Assembly (NCBI GenBank): GCA_025558095.1
Contig: JAIVFI010000038.1
Coordinates: 372,001-436,000 of the forward strand
Direction of reading: 5' to 3'
Source: Hyaloraphidium curvatum SAG 235-1
Lineage: Eukaryota > Fungi > Monoblepharomycota
Length of the DNA stretch: 64,000 bases
Both the position numbers and the translations under genes were made by a program. This document shows positions 8,674 through 20,958 of the stretch, one piece after another. Each line of letters starts with the position of its first letter. The first letter of the stretch is position 1. The notes under the pieces are model-generated. The model ran no database searches. It saw nothing but the letters and a program-made list of their open reading frames with translations, and was not told where the DNA came from.

Positions 8674-11600
8674 ATGCGGCCGCTCCCCACGGCGGCGCTC
8701 GCCGCGCTGCTCCTCGCCGCCTTTGTCGCCGCGCCCGCCGCCGCGCAGGCCGCGGCCGGCTTCACGGTGTACCAGAACCAGAGCCTGGCCAGCTGGGGCA
8801 CAGTGCTGGCCGACGGGAACGGGTACAACGCGACCTCGTTCGACGTGTGCCTGAACGACTGCGCGCTGCGGCCGAGCGGGCTGTGCGGCGCGGCGCTGTA
8901 CCGCAGGAGGGAGAAGAGGTGGGCCGCCCTCTCGGGACGGGAGGGGACTCGCCGCTGACCCGCCGCCGCCCAGATGCTGGCTCTTCTCGACCATCCACAC
9001 GCCGGGTTCCGCGAACACCAACGACGTCTTCGCCTCCCGCTCGCAGCCCGACATCCCCTCCGGCACCGTCGTGCAGGGCGCCGCCTCCAACGACTCGGCC
9101 AAGGTGTGCCGGCAGAACGTCACCGCGGGCTTCGACATCGGCGGGTGGGACGTCGGCACGGTCGGCGGCGTCTCGTACGCCGGCTACGTCGCGCTGGACT
9201 GGAAGGCGTGCCAGGCCGACTGCTGCGCACTGGCGCCCAGGCAGTGCACCTCGTGGTCGTACGACCTGTACGCGAGGAGGTGCTGGCTCAAGACCGGCAG
9301 GGGGAACAACCCGTCGCCGAGGACAAACTACGTCTACGGGTGGGTCGCGCGCACCCCGTGCATCCGGGCCTCCGCGCTCATTGCATGCACGCTGACGCAT
9401 TGCCCCGCATGCTCCCCCCCGCAGAGTCATCCCCAGGCCGCAGGTCGTGCAGGGCGTCAACGTCGTCTACAAGTCCGCCGGCGACGCCCGGCCCAACGCC
9501 GGCCTCGGCCGCAGGCAGGTGACGACGGTCAACACCACCGCGGGCGTCGCGGTGTCGTTCAACGTGACGGACATGTGGAACGCGGCCACCTGGACCAACA
9601 ACGTGCTCAACTCGACGTGGGTCGCGCCTCCCCGCCGCGCGGCGTGCATCCCCGCTGACCACCGCCCCCTACCCGCCAGCTACGACGGCTTCTACGCCCC
9701 CGACCACGTATCGTGCATGCAGACCTGCGCCAACATCGAGAATGACCTCTGCGGCACCTTCATGTACGACCAGCAGGACCGCAAATGCACCCTCCGCCGC
9801 AACGTGCAGTACTTTGACCAGAACACCGCCAACAACCAGACCGGCAACAACAACCGCTGGGCGTGGGGCTACCGCCTGCTGCCGACGATGCCCGTCGGCC
9901 GCGCGACGACCTCGCCCGACCCGGCGGACCCGTCCAAGACGCTGCGGTGCCCGACCAACGTGCTCGACGGGATCGGCCTGAACGATTGGGATGTGCCCGT
10001 CATCAACAACGTCAGCTACGCGGGCTACTTCACCGCGACGTCGCTGGTCTGCAACGCCGACTGCTGCAGGCTCGGGGCGTCGGTCTGCACGGGTTGGAAC
10101 TGGTGCGTGCCTTGCCTGCTCGCCGCGCCGCATTGCCGGGCTGACGATGCGTTCCCCGCCCCCGCAGGGACAAGCAGAGCCGCCGGTGCTGGCTCAAGCG
10201 CCGCGGCAACTGGATGGAGTCCACCGACAGCATGCGCAACGACACTTGGTTCGTCACCGGCATCGTGCCGTACCCGGCCATCACCACCGGCCAGCAGACC
10301 TCGGGCAACCCCGCGGTGACCTACGGCATCGTCAACAACCGCTACGTCACCTGGGGGGGCAACGGGATCAACTCCACCTTCGAGAACTTCTTCGCGGTCG
10401 ACTGGACGGCGTGCAGGGACCGGTGCTCGAGCGTCGGCATGCAGTGCGGCACCTGGCTCTACAACAAGGTGCGCCCCTCCGCACCTTTCCGACTTGCTGA
10501 CGTTAACCCCCGCCCGCACAGGTCGACCGCCGCTGCTGGCTCCGCTCCTCGCTGCACTTTGCCGGCTCCGCCGACACCAGCTGGGCCTGGGGCTCCAAGG
10601 TGCTCCCCGGCCCCGCGGTGGGGCTGCAGACCGCGACCGCGACCAACGACTCGAGCAAGACGGTGCAGTTCAACGTGACGGACAGGTTCGCGATCGACGG
10701 CTGGGAGTTCCGCAGCGGGTACCTCGCCAACACCTGGCGCGACTGCCAGTCCGACTGCGCCGCCAACTGGCCCTCGTGCACCTCGTACACCTACAACAAG
10801 GTCACGCGGTGGTGCCAGCTCCGCCGCGGCCGCGCCGACAACGCGCGCAACGACACGGACATCATGTTCGGCGTCGTGCCCAGCCCGCCCGTGGTGCGGG
10901 GCGTGTCGTCGACCGACTACGGCAACGGCCTGTCGTGCACCATGAACGTGGTCGAGCAGCTGCAGCCGACCTGGTGGGGCGACGACCTGCGCGCCGACCG
11001 GCTCGGGAACCTCTCGCAGGGCCACTTTGCGTGGGACTGGACCGTCTGCCAGGCAAACTGCTGCCAGCTGGGGCCCGTCTGCGGGTCGTGGTTCTTCAAC
11101 CGCTACGACCGCAAGTGCTACTACAAGTCGTCGGCCAGCGTGGCGTCCAACAACACCGACGCCTGGTGGACCTGGGGCAGCAAGGTCGCGCCGCTGCTCG
11201 TGACGGGGCCGCAGCCCATCTCGGTGCAGGCCGTCAACTCGACCGCGACCAACACCTGCCCGATGAACGTGCCCGGGTACGGGTACCTCGACTGGAACGA
11301 CATCAGCGGGTACAACAACTACATCTCGGACACGTACAGGACCTGCCAGGCGTAGGTCTCCGCGCCCTCGCGGCCCGAATCGCGCTCACCCTGCCGCTCC
11401 CCTCCCAGCGACTGCTGCGCCCTGTGGCCGCAGTGCAACAACTGGGCCTACAACCTCAACTCGCGCCGCTGCTGGCTCAAGAGCCAGTACGGTCCCTTCC
11501 GCAACTCCACCGACAACAGCACCGTGTACGGCTTCGTCGAGACGCCCAAGGTCGTCGCCGGCGTGAGCAACGTGACCTCGACGTGCGCCGTCAACCTCAC

Positions 11601-14600
11601 CGACAACATGCGGATGGACTGGTGGGGCGACGACATCCGCAACGAGTTCTTCGTGTCGGACCACGCGGCCTGCCAGGCCGCGTGCTGCGACCTCGGGGAC
11701 CGGTGCGGCTCGTGGGCCTTCCGCAAGAGCGACCGCCGCTGCTGGACCAAGCAGTCGGCCACGCTGGGCAACAACCCGGCGCCCGACACAAACTGGATGG
11801 TGGCCACGGTCATCCAGCCCACGTACAGCAACGGCACCTTTGCCGTGCCCAACAACGGCACGGGCACCTGCGCGGTCACCTTCCAGGTCGGCGTCTCGTT
11901 CTGGGGCAACGACATTCCCGGGTGGAGCAACTACTTCGTGCCCAAGGCCGGCGACTGCGCCAGGGACTGCTGCCAGATCGGCTTGCTCTGCGGATCCTGG
12001 TCGTACGACACGAGGTCCCGGAAGGTGAGCGTCGGAGCGGGTCTGGCCTGACGAGCGATTGCGGGCTCACGCGTGCCCCCTCCAGTGCTGGCTCAAGAAC
12101 CGCTACGGCGACAACGCGAACCGCGACCCCAACTCCATCTCCGGTATCATCCCCGCCCCGCCGATCGTCACGGGCCAGGTCACCTCCGCCCCCTCGTTCG
12201 CGCGCAACGGCAGCCTGCCGCCTGACGGGCTCAACACCACCGTCGGCCCCGGCTCGCATTCCTTCACCGTCTGGAACGGGTTCCAGTCGGGCTGGAGCTG
12301 GGAGATCAACTTCTACAACGACTACTTCTCGGCGACCTGGAGGACGTGCATGGTGAACTCTGCCTTCGAGATCGGCTCCGTGCGGACGCTGACGACCCTT
12401 CCCAGGCCGACTGCGCCGGTCTCGGCCCCATGTGCGGCATCTGGGTCTACAGGAAGAGCTCGCGGCGCTGCACGCTGCGGATGAACAACTGGGGCTTCGC
12501 GCCCGACGCCACCCGCAACGATACCAACACCGTCTACGGCCTCCGCAACATGCCCGCCGTCCGCGTCGGCATCGTCAACGTCACCGCGTCGGCCGGTGGC
12601 TGGGGCATCGCGGCGCCCAACGGGCTGCCCGCGCAGCAGCCGGTCGCCGACTCCGCCAGGGCCGGCGTCATCCCTACAACCACAACCAGGAGGGTGACTT
12701 CGACGACCAGGCTAGCTTCGACGACCAGGCTAGCTTCGACGACCCGGCGCTCGAGCTCGACCGCGGCACGCTCGACTTCGACGGTCAAGCTCGCGCGCCG
12801 TCTCCACGAGCGCGATGAGCTGGGGGCCTCGGACGAGCACCACTCCCTGGAAGAGCGCCAGGTCCAGCCTCGTCGCACGTGCCAGTCCAACAACACCAAG
12901 TGAGTTTGCCTCGCGGTCGGCGTACCGTCGAGACCGGTGCTGACCCCGCCGTCGCGCAGCAACATGGATCCCCAGATCTGGGGCTGGGAGGTAACCGGCT
13001 ACTCGGACTACTGGACAAACTCGTGGGAGACCTGCATGTCGGACTGTGAGTTTCGGATGCGTGGCCTGTCGTGCTGGGAGCTCACCATCTCGGTTCTCCA
13101 GGCTGCGCGCTGCGGGACCGTTGCACGATGTGGCAGTTCCGCAAGAGCGACCGCAAGTGCTTCCTGAGGACCTACGCCGAGGTCGCGAACCCGGTGCCGA
13201 ACACGGACTGGACTTGTGCGTCGCTGCTGCATATCCGCGCCCGCTTTCGCTCACCCGCGACTTTGCTGCAGACGGCTTGATGATCCTCCCGCCCGTCCGG
13301 ACCGGCAAGCAGAACGTGACAGCCTCCAACGCCACGTCGCCCGGCAGGCCTTCCCAGGGCTTTGACGCGATCACGAGCAGCAAGACCTGTCCCGGCACCA
13401 TCTACAACAACAAGGACCCCTGGCAGTGGGGCGGCGACATCGCCAACTACTCGTGGTACTTCACTAACTCGTGGGAGACCTGTGCTGCCGACTGTGGGAC
13501 TTCTGTCTCTGCTCCGCTCGGACCTTGCGCTGACGCGACTTCCCGCAGGCTGTGCGCTCGCCCCCTTGTGCGGCATGTGGCAGTACAGCAAGCGCGACCG
13601 CAACTGCTACCTCCGCACGCTCACGAGGGAGACCTGGGACCAAGGCGGCGCCCGCGACAGCACCAACATGGTCTACGGCGTTCTCGACCAGCCTCCGGTG
13701 ATCGAGGGCAAGCAGCTCGTCCAGGCCTCGAACGCCAAGCCCGGCGGTCCCGCGCCCAACGGCCTCAGGATCGTGCCCGGCAACGGCACCTGCACGGCCG
13801 TCTCGGTCGTGGATAACACCAACATCTGGTGGTGGAGCCGCTGGGGCGACCTCAGAGGTGACGGATTGCCCCGTTCGCCTCCGCGACGGGTCTGACGCCG
13901 TTCTCTCCTCCACAGGCTACTCCGGCTACTTCAGCTCGACGTGGCAGAGCTGCCAAGCAGACTGTTGCGCCCTGGCTCCGGTTTGCGGCTCCTGGGCCTA
14001 TGGCAAGACGCGCCGCACCTGCTGGCTCAAGACCTCGAGCGGCGCGCAGACCTCCCCCCCGCAGCTCGATCCGGACATGGCCTACGGCATCATGGCCCAG
14101 CCGCAAGCGGAGGAAGGCTTCAGGGTGTTTACGGCCACCAACAGCTCCGCCGACGATGCCAATGCGCAGTGCACGCTCGTCATCCGGCCTGACATCGCCT
14201 ACTGGGGCAACGACATCGCCGTGAGTCGAAGATTGGCGTTCCTCGGAGTGCCGCGCGTCTGACCTGCCGACTCTTCCAGGGCTACAACGAGTACTTCTCG
14301 CCTTCGTACGAGTCTTGCGCGTCCGACTGCTGCTCGATGCCGTACCTCTGCCAGTCGTTTGTCTACGACAAGTTCCAGCGTTCGTGCTGGCTGTGGGTGC
14401 TTCTTCCGACCTTCCAGACTAGCGCGCGCTGACTTTTGGTCGTCAGGAAAACGGAAGGCGACCGCAACGTCTACAACGACCCGTCCAAGATCTCGGGCTT
14501 CTCGCCGTTCTTCACCAAGGCGCCGAAGGATGCCAAGCTGTTCGCCGGCTTTAGGGGCAGCAAGTGGGAGACCCTCGCCAAAAACGGCACCCTCCAGGCC

Positions 14601-17455
14601 CGCCAGAGCACCACGAACCCGAACAGGATGACGTTCTCGTCGGGCCCAGTCATCTCCGACTCCGACGACAGGGCGGCCATCATGACGTGGGATGGTGCCT
14701 GGGACTCGAACCAGTTCCTCGTCACCTGGGGCGAGGTCGCGAACGACACCAGCATGGAGTTCATTGGGACGCCCGTCCGGCTCCCGACGCCACTGCGCAT
14801 CATGCAGATCCAGCCTCTGCTCCCGGGCAAGCAGTACATGGGCTACATTCAGACCGTCAACCAGTACGGCAACTTCTCTCTGCCTAGCTCGCCGGTCTAC
14901 TTCCGCTCGGACTCGCGGCGCGTGGACAACCTGCGGGAGACCATGACCGGATTCTTCGACGACTTCAACATCCCCGCCGGCGGCCCCGACGAGAGGAAGT
15001 GGCGCACGCTCTTCATTGTGAGTTTTGTGCCCGGTTCGCACGGGCAGCCGTGGTGACAACCTGCCTTCCCAGTACTGCGACGACCCCGACGCGTCAGCCG
15101 TGTTCGTCAACGCGCAGTTCCACGTGCACAACCTCGTCAGCAGCTACTACCCGCCCAACGCCTTGACCCAGCGGGTCTGCGACAACACCGGCGCCCACGT
15201 CATCGCGCGTCCCAACGCCATTTTTGACTTCACCGACCGCGTGGGCACGATCGTCTTCGACTTTGACGGCGGCCCAGGAAGGCAGGTGTCCTTTTGCGCG
15301 CTGACATGGCCCGTTTCCTTACCATGCTTTGCCCTACAGTAACTACTGGTTCCTCGACCTGATCGAGCCCGGCACCGGCGACCGCTTCGCGACTATCCAC
15401 CAGGCGGGCGGCACGCTCAAGTACATCTACGGCACGAACCGCACCAACTCCGGCGAGCTCAACGCCCAGTTCTGCGACTTCGGGGTGTGCCTGGTCCCCA
15501 ACGTCCGCCGCAAGTTCGTGGCCAAGATCAGCAAGAACACCTTCAACATCACGGTCGACGGCCAGCTGATGCTGCACAACCAGATCGGCCCCGGCCGCGT
15601 GTTCTGCCCGAACTGCATCACGCCCATCCGCCGCGAGCGCGCGTTCCTCTTCTTCCGGCAGACGACCCGCCGCACCCAGAGCTCGCAGAACTTGCCGCAT
15701 CTCACAGTGTAAGTCTCGCGACTGAGGATCCTCTCTGCCTGTTTCTGACCCTCGGTCGCGCCGCAGGCACTGGGACAACTTCGGATTCGACGGTCCGCCG
15801 AACCCGATCGTAACGCACACGTACAAGCTCACCAACGGATCCGCGCGCTACGTGCCCGTGGGCCTCGGCAGGATGTTCAACAACAACATGAGCCTCCTGA
15901 TTCCGGACTCGCTGGACGGTGCCATCGCCGCCCGGTTGCAGTACGGCTACTCGGGCTCGGACTTGACGGACGACCCGCGGCGCGAGTACCTCCTCATCAA
16001 CGAGAACCGCATCCCCCTCGAAAATCCCAGCATTACTATCGACGGGCAGGGCGTCGTCTCGCCGGTCAATCTCAGCTTCATCCAGCAGGGCCAGAACTGG
16101 CTCCGCTGGCGGCTCCCGCGGCACCAGACCCGCGTCGGCAACCTGCGCCTCGAGGTCGACTTCCCCGCCGACAAAGCCCCGAGCTACACCCAGCCGGCGA
16201 CGTGGTTCCAGCTGACGAAGGCGTCGGGCTACCATCCCGTGCACGAGCCCGCCGGACTGCAGACCACCATCGGCTCGGTTGGGCCTTACGGCACGTACCC
16301 GCAAGGGGACGGCGGCCCGCCCTTCCTCTTTGGTCCGGACGACAGCCCGCAGGGTGCCAACCTCGAGTGGAACCAGACCTATCGGATCACCTACTCCATC
16401 GAATGCGGCATCCAGATGATCGCCTTTGGCCGCTGCTGGGGCGCGCGCAACGTATCGCTCCTGCTCCGCGACCTCGGGAACCCCGACAACGTCACCGTGC
16501 TGCAGCGCTTCGTCTTCGAGCCGTACCCTGGCACGACCGACGTCTTTGGCGTCACCAACTGGGGCTCGTCATTCGACTTCTACACCCCGGACTACCGTTG
16601 GGGCGTCTCGTACGAGCTCTGGGCCGAGTCGTACGACGCGCAGCACACGAAGCACATCCCGGACTACTTCGACGGGAACAAGACGACGGGCCAGCACTTC
16701 CCTGCTTACATCTACATCGTGGAGCCCGACACCGTACGTGTTTCGAGCGCCGGCATGCCTTCGGGACCTAATCTCCCTCGCGTTCCCCGCAGGACGATAC
16801 CTCGAACCTCACCGGCCTCGTCCGCACGCCGATTAAGCGCGAGCTCCGGGTCGGCGCTGCCAAGCTCACTTTCGAGAAGGTCGAGAAGCCCAAGGTGGAC
16901 TGGCGCCCCATGGCCGCGCAGCTGCTCGAGAGGGACCCCGAGGCTGCCGAGGCCGCCAAGGTCGAGGCGCAGGACGCCAGCTCCGCCGAAGTCTTCGACA
17001 TCACCAACGGGGGCCCCGTCCGTCGCGCTCTCCAGGCGCAGCGGCCGACCAGCAACCAGACCGTCGCACCGGCGTACCGCGGGCCTTCGGGACCGCCGCC
17101 GCCCAAGCAGCTCGCGCCCTCTGCGGCGAACCGGCCGCAGGTGGCGGCGCAGCCTTCGGCCATCACCAACGTCGACCTGGGCGGCGAGGTCGACGGCAAC
17201 TCCCTCATCGGGATGGTGGATCCGCAGGCGGTGCACAACCCCGAACTGGGCCTGCTCACCAACGTCACGAGCGGCGCCAACGCCGCCCTCATCGGCTCCG
17301 TGCCCGCAGGCATCCCGATCGTCCTGCCGGCGCCCTTCAACAACGGCTCGGTCAACCCGTTCAGCTTTGGCGCTGGGAACGACGCGGAGCCTGCCGCGGG
17401 CCAGGAGAACCTCGGCGTTGGAGGCGTGCTCGGGTCGACCGTCAGCGAGGAGTGA
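8674..17455 (+). CDS. Very large secreted protein (~2,500 aa, ~19 introns): signal peptide, 15 PAN/apple-like Cys repeats, FN3-like domain, uncharacterised beta-rich domain, low-complexity tail
   Basis: Signal MRPLPTAALAALLLAAFVAAPAAAQ. Successive exons join in frame across short introns (e.g. 11352-11408, 16734-16792). Repeats follow W-x2-C-x3-C(C)-x4-6-C-x2-W-x-Y-x4-R-x-C-W-L-K. FN3-like IQPLLPGKQYMGYIQTVNQYGNFSLPSSPVYF. Ends GSTVSEE*. Confidence 0.8.
8841..14450 (+). repeat. Array of 15 PAN/apple-like domain repeats within the giant gene
   Basis: Examples: WKACQADCCALAPRQCTSWSYDLYARRCWLK (~9199), WTVCQANCCQLGPVCGSWFFNRYDRKCYYK (~11038), HAACQAACCDLGDRCGSWAFRKSDRRCWTK (~11662), WQSCQADCCALAPVCGSWAYGKTRRTCWLK (~13942). 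Confidence 0.82.
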
Positions 17456-17604
17456 TTGTCCGCGCGCGGGCGGACTTGTATATATTGAACTTGGATCTGC
17501 ATCGTGATGGGAAGAGCGACAATCTAGAGCTGCGACGCAGAGTGTAATCTGAGCACTTGGCATCGAAAAAGACCGGCTTTGTCATTACTCGCGTGCAATC
17601 CAAC

Positions 17605-18761
17605 TCAGAGCTTGCTACTCTTCCCCTGCTCCATGCCTCCCTTGCCGATCCATCCACCTTCGCGAGATACGGCCGTCTGTGCTTCGGAAACGAAGCGCCA
17701 CGCGATGCCGCCAATCTTGGTCTCGCCGTGGGCAACAGGGGCGCCAGCAGCTGCCGCACGTGCCAAAGCCGCAGCGGGATCGGGGGAGAGGATATCGACG
17801 CTGTCCAATTGGAGCGGAATGAGTCGCTGCAGCGATCCCAGCGCATGGGATACTCACACACGGATCCCGTCGTTGGCGTCCTTGGACCTGACAAACCTGA
17901 CAACGGCGTTGGAGAAGCGTACGGCCGGCACGCCGTTCTCGTCCTCGAGCGGGGCGCGGAAGAGCAGCGACCACCGCGCGGCGGCTTCGCGGGGTTCTTG
18001 CTTGGAGAGCGCGAGAGTGACGCCTGCCCCGATGTGGAATCCGCGATGAGAAAAGGCGTCCAGGCAGCGGGCGCGCTCGTAAGCCCACCGACGATCTTGA
18101 CCGTCTCGCCGCTCTCCTTGGCCAATGCTACCCAGCCGGGCTCGCTCGCCGGAGGGTACGGCGGCGCGTGAGCATAGGCCCAGCCACCTAGCGGTTCGCG
18201 ATCCGGGTCGCGCACCCCGGCCATCCAGTCCACCGAGGGAAGCACTCCCCCGGGTATCCCCGCGGGGTGCAGGTGCCATCCGTGATACCCCTTCGTCCCG
18301 CCCTCGAACGCGACCTTGACCCCGTTGGCCTTCATGTGCGCAACGCCCGCCGCTCCGTCCGCCGCGTGGAAAATGAGCATGTACCCGGTTGCGTCGCCCC
18401 CGTTTCGAGCCAACCAGCGCGCGCCGGTGGTGTCGTTCTTGCCGGGCATGGGCTGCAGCACCTCGACGAACTCCCCACCGGCGGACATGACGCCGTTAAC
18501 GAGCCCGAAGGCGGCGACGGCGGGGTCGCGGAACGCGAGGCGGAAGCCCAGGGCGGCATCGAGGAGCTTCAATGTCCCCTCGAGGTCTTTGCGCGGAGGC
18601 ACGTATGGTGAGACGATCCCGGAGGCGGCCGTGAGGTCCGCGGTTGCGGCGAGTCACGGCGACGCGGATTCGACAGAAGCACAGAACGGTGAGGGACGAA
18701 TCGCGAGAGGTGCGGCGGGAGACGTACCACGCGTGATGAGCGCTATTTGGCGGAGGCGCAT
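17605..18761 (-). CDS. VOC/glyoxalase-like domain protein with PTS1 (-SKL); 3 introns
   Basis: Spliced N-terminus MRLRQIALITR|DLEGTLKLLDAALG..RDPAVAAFGLVN..GEFVEVLQP..GGDATGYMLIFH (intron 18587-18727). Last exon ends GKSSKL*. Confidence 0.8.
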
Positions 18762-19104
18762 CGCGGCGTTTCGGTGGTCCTGTGTCGTGGGAGGCAGGTT
18801 GTTCCTCCGTTTGTCCGTGGGCGCGACTGCGGTCCCTGCGCCCGAGCGCCTCGCGCATTGTGGACGCAGGCCGCCGATTGAGCAAGGCGATCAACTTCTT
18901 CACCTTGTCAGCGAATGGATGCCAGAGACCCGGTCGGCCCCCGGAGCGTCCCGACCGGCGTGATGCTCTTCAGCGACCGGCGGGCTGAGGACGTTTGATT
19001 GGCCTCTTGGGCCCAATGCTCAATGGACGAGGCGTTGCACGAGGCGTTGCATGCTCTCAATTAAAGAATCTCCTTCTCAAGCTTGGCCGACGCCCGAAGA
19101 CCGA

Positions 19105-20958
19105 TCACCTCGCTTGCTGAATCATCTCGCACTCCTTCACGACCTTCCGCCCGACCTCCCTCTGCTTCTCGGCCCCGTGCGCCAGCTTCCAGTCGCGAAC
19201 CATGCACTCCTTGCCGCAGTACGCGACGGCCCTCGACTGGCACGCCGTGCACCGCTTGAGCATCTCCATCCCGGCCTCCTTCGCGGTGCGATCGCATACG
19301 ACGCAGTGCAATCCCGCGAACAGCTTGTCCTTTTTGAGCTTCAGCTCCCTGGCCCCGAGTAGCTTGTTGTGCCCGCCGAGGATCTCGAGGTTCTTCTCCA
19401 GGATGACATAGCGGTCGCGGAGGTAAAGCGCCTGCGAGACGACTTCGACGACAGCCCGCTCCTCGAACCGCCGCTTGCCAGACAAGTCGACTCCAACCAG
19501 ATCGCAGACCTCCGAGAACGAGTCGGGGAGCTTCTTCACGCGGCCATCGACGACGTTTTTTGGCACCGTGAAAGCCGTGATGCGCTTTGCCAGGTCCGCA
19601 GGGATCGACGAAGAGAGCTCCCGCTGCGCAAGGACGTTCTTCAGCTGCTCTCCGAGGCCGAACTGGAAACAGAGCGGGCCTTTGAACGTTCCCCTGGCCA
19701 CCATCCAGTCAACAATGGCGATCCAGACCGAAGACGGCGTTTTGAGGCCCTTGTCGTAGAGGACGTCCTTGGCGTATTCGATCGAGATGCCGCAGGCTTG
19801 CGAGGCGAGCTCGGCTTCGTACGTGTTGAGGGAACCGGAGTTGGGAACACCGCCGAACTTGGCTTGGTTCACCGGGTCCGCGGTCGCCTTCTCGTGCCGG
19901 TCCAGCCAGTACTCGGCCCGGGCTCCGTCAACGGGCACGCCATTCCCCTTCGAGAACCTGATGGAGAGGTTCCTCATGGATCCTGGGTAGCCGAGCTCGG
20001 CCGCTCGAAACCAGTGGAGGTTGGCGGCGCGTGCATCCGGCGGTCCGCCGTGCGAGCCGTTCATGGCATGGCAACCGAGATCGTACTCGGCCGCGGCGAT
20101 GACGACGAGATCTTTCGGATCCGTCGATCCGGTGTCGACGATGAGCCGCAGCGCCGCATTCCTCTTGAGCGAGGCCGTAGCCTTGGCCATGCCGGATCCC
20201 GGCATCTGGTAGATCTTGCTCAAGGTGTGCGCTGCGTTCACCACCAGGTTCCGCAGGACCTGCTTGGCCTCATCCGCTACTTTAGAGGAGTGACCACGCC
20301 TTCGCACAAGCGATCCGAGCTTCTCGACTGTTGCCAGCCGTTTACTGACAAGGCCGAGGAGAGTCTCATGCTGCCAGATCCACCTTGCGACGCGCTTTTG
20401 GTCGCTGCGAAGCCCTTCGTTTTCGTTGGAAAAGTGGGCACACATGTGGGCGGCATATTCGCAGTCTTGGTACTCCTGCAGGTCCGGGAAGCGGCCCAGG
20501 TCCTTGATGCGGTCGAGGAGCACCGACACGGAAGCCTCCGCCCAGTCGACCGCCGCCGTGACCTTCTTGCGCCACCCCAGCGACCCAAAGCTGATACAGA
20601 AGCCGACCGTGAGCAGCGCCCTGCCGAACCCGGCGCAGCAGAACGTGCGGAGCGCTTCGCGCGCCAGCGCCCTCACGGCCGGCTTGGACAGGTCAGCGGT
20701 GCTCCTCGTCTTGCGCCACCCCTTTCTCTCGCCGGCCGTCTCGGTATCCTCAGGAAGGTCAATCTGGCGCACGAACAGCTCGAGGTCGCGATATTCCCGA
20801 GGCAGGACGACGCGGGAGCCGCACTTGTCCGCGAGGCGCTGGAGCCGAACGTGACAAGGGCCGCACAGCGAGCCAGCGTCGCAGCGGCCGCACGGCGGCG
20901 GGCCTGAGGGAATCACGGGAGCGTTGGTCCAGTTCTGGGTGGGGGCAGCGGGAGCCAT
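19105..20958 (-). CDS. Sel1-like repeat + MYND zinc-finger protein; probable in-frame intron 20591-20644
   Basis: Sel1-like AEYDLG..D..AA..WFRAAELGYPGSMRNL..GNGVPVD..RAEYW. C-terminal CVVC..LKRCTAC..YCGKECMVRDWKLAH. Confidence 0.8.
   Translation of the reverse strand: MAPAAPTQNWTNAPVIPSGPPPCGRCDAGSLCGPCHVRLQRLADKCGSRVVLPREYRDLELFVRQIDLPEDTETAGERKGWRKTRSTADLSKPAVRALAREALRTFCCAGFGRALLTVGFCISFGSLGWRKKVTAAVDWAEASVSVLLDRIKDLGRFPDLQEYQDCEYAAHMCAHFSNENEGLRSDQKRVARWIWQHETLLGLVSKRLATVEKLGSLVRRRGHSSKVADEAKQVLRNLVVNAAHTLSKIYQMPGSGMAKATASLKRNAALRLIVDTGSTDPKDLVVIAAAEYDLGCHAMNGSHGGPPDARAANLHWFRAAELGYPGSMRNLSIRFSKGNGVPVDGARAEYWLDRHEKATADPVNQAKFGGVPNSGSLNTYEAELASQACGISIEYAKDVLYDKGLKTPSSVWIAIVDWMVARGTFKGPLCFQFGLGEQLKNVLAQRELSSSIPADLAKRITAFTVPKNVVDGRVKKLPDSFSEVCDLVGVDLSGKRRFEERAVVEVVSQALYLRDRYVILEKNLEILGGHNKLLGARELKLKKDKLFAGLHCVVCDRTAKEAGMEMLKRCTACQSRAVAYCGKECMVRDWKLAHGAEKQREVGRKVVKECEMIQQAR

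Noticed and set aside
8841-14450. PAN repeats or the 35.5-kb repeats as a CRISPR-like or other DNA-level array
   Set aside because: Repetition is at the protein level with diverged codons and interspersed introns; no identical direct repeats with spacers and no cas genes.
19028-19051. 2 x 12-bp tandem acgaggcgttgc in an intergenic region
   Set aside because: Too short and isolated to support a function.
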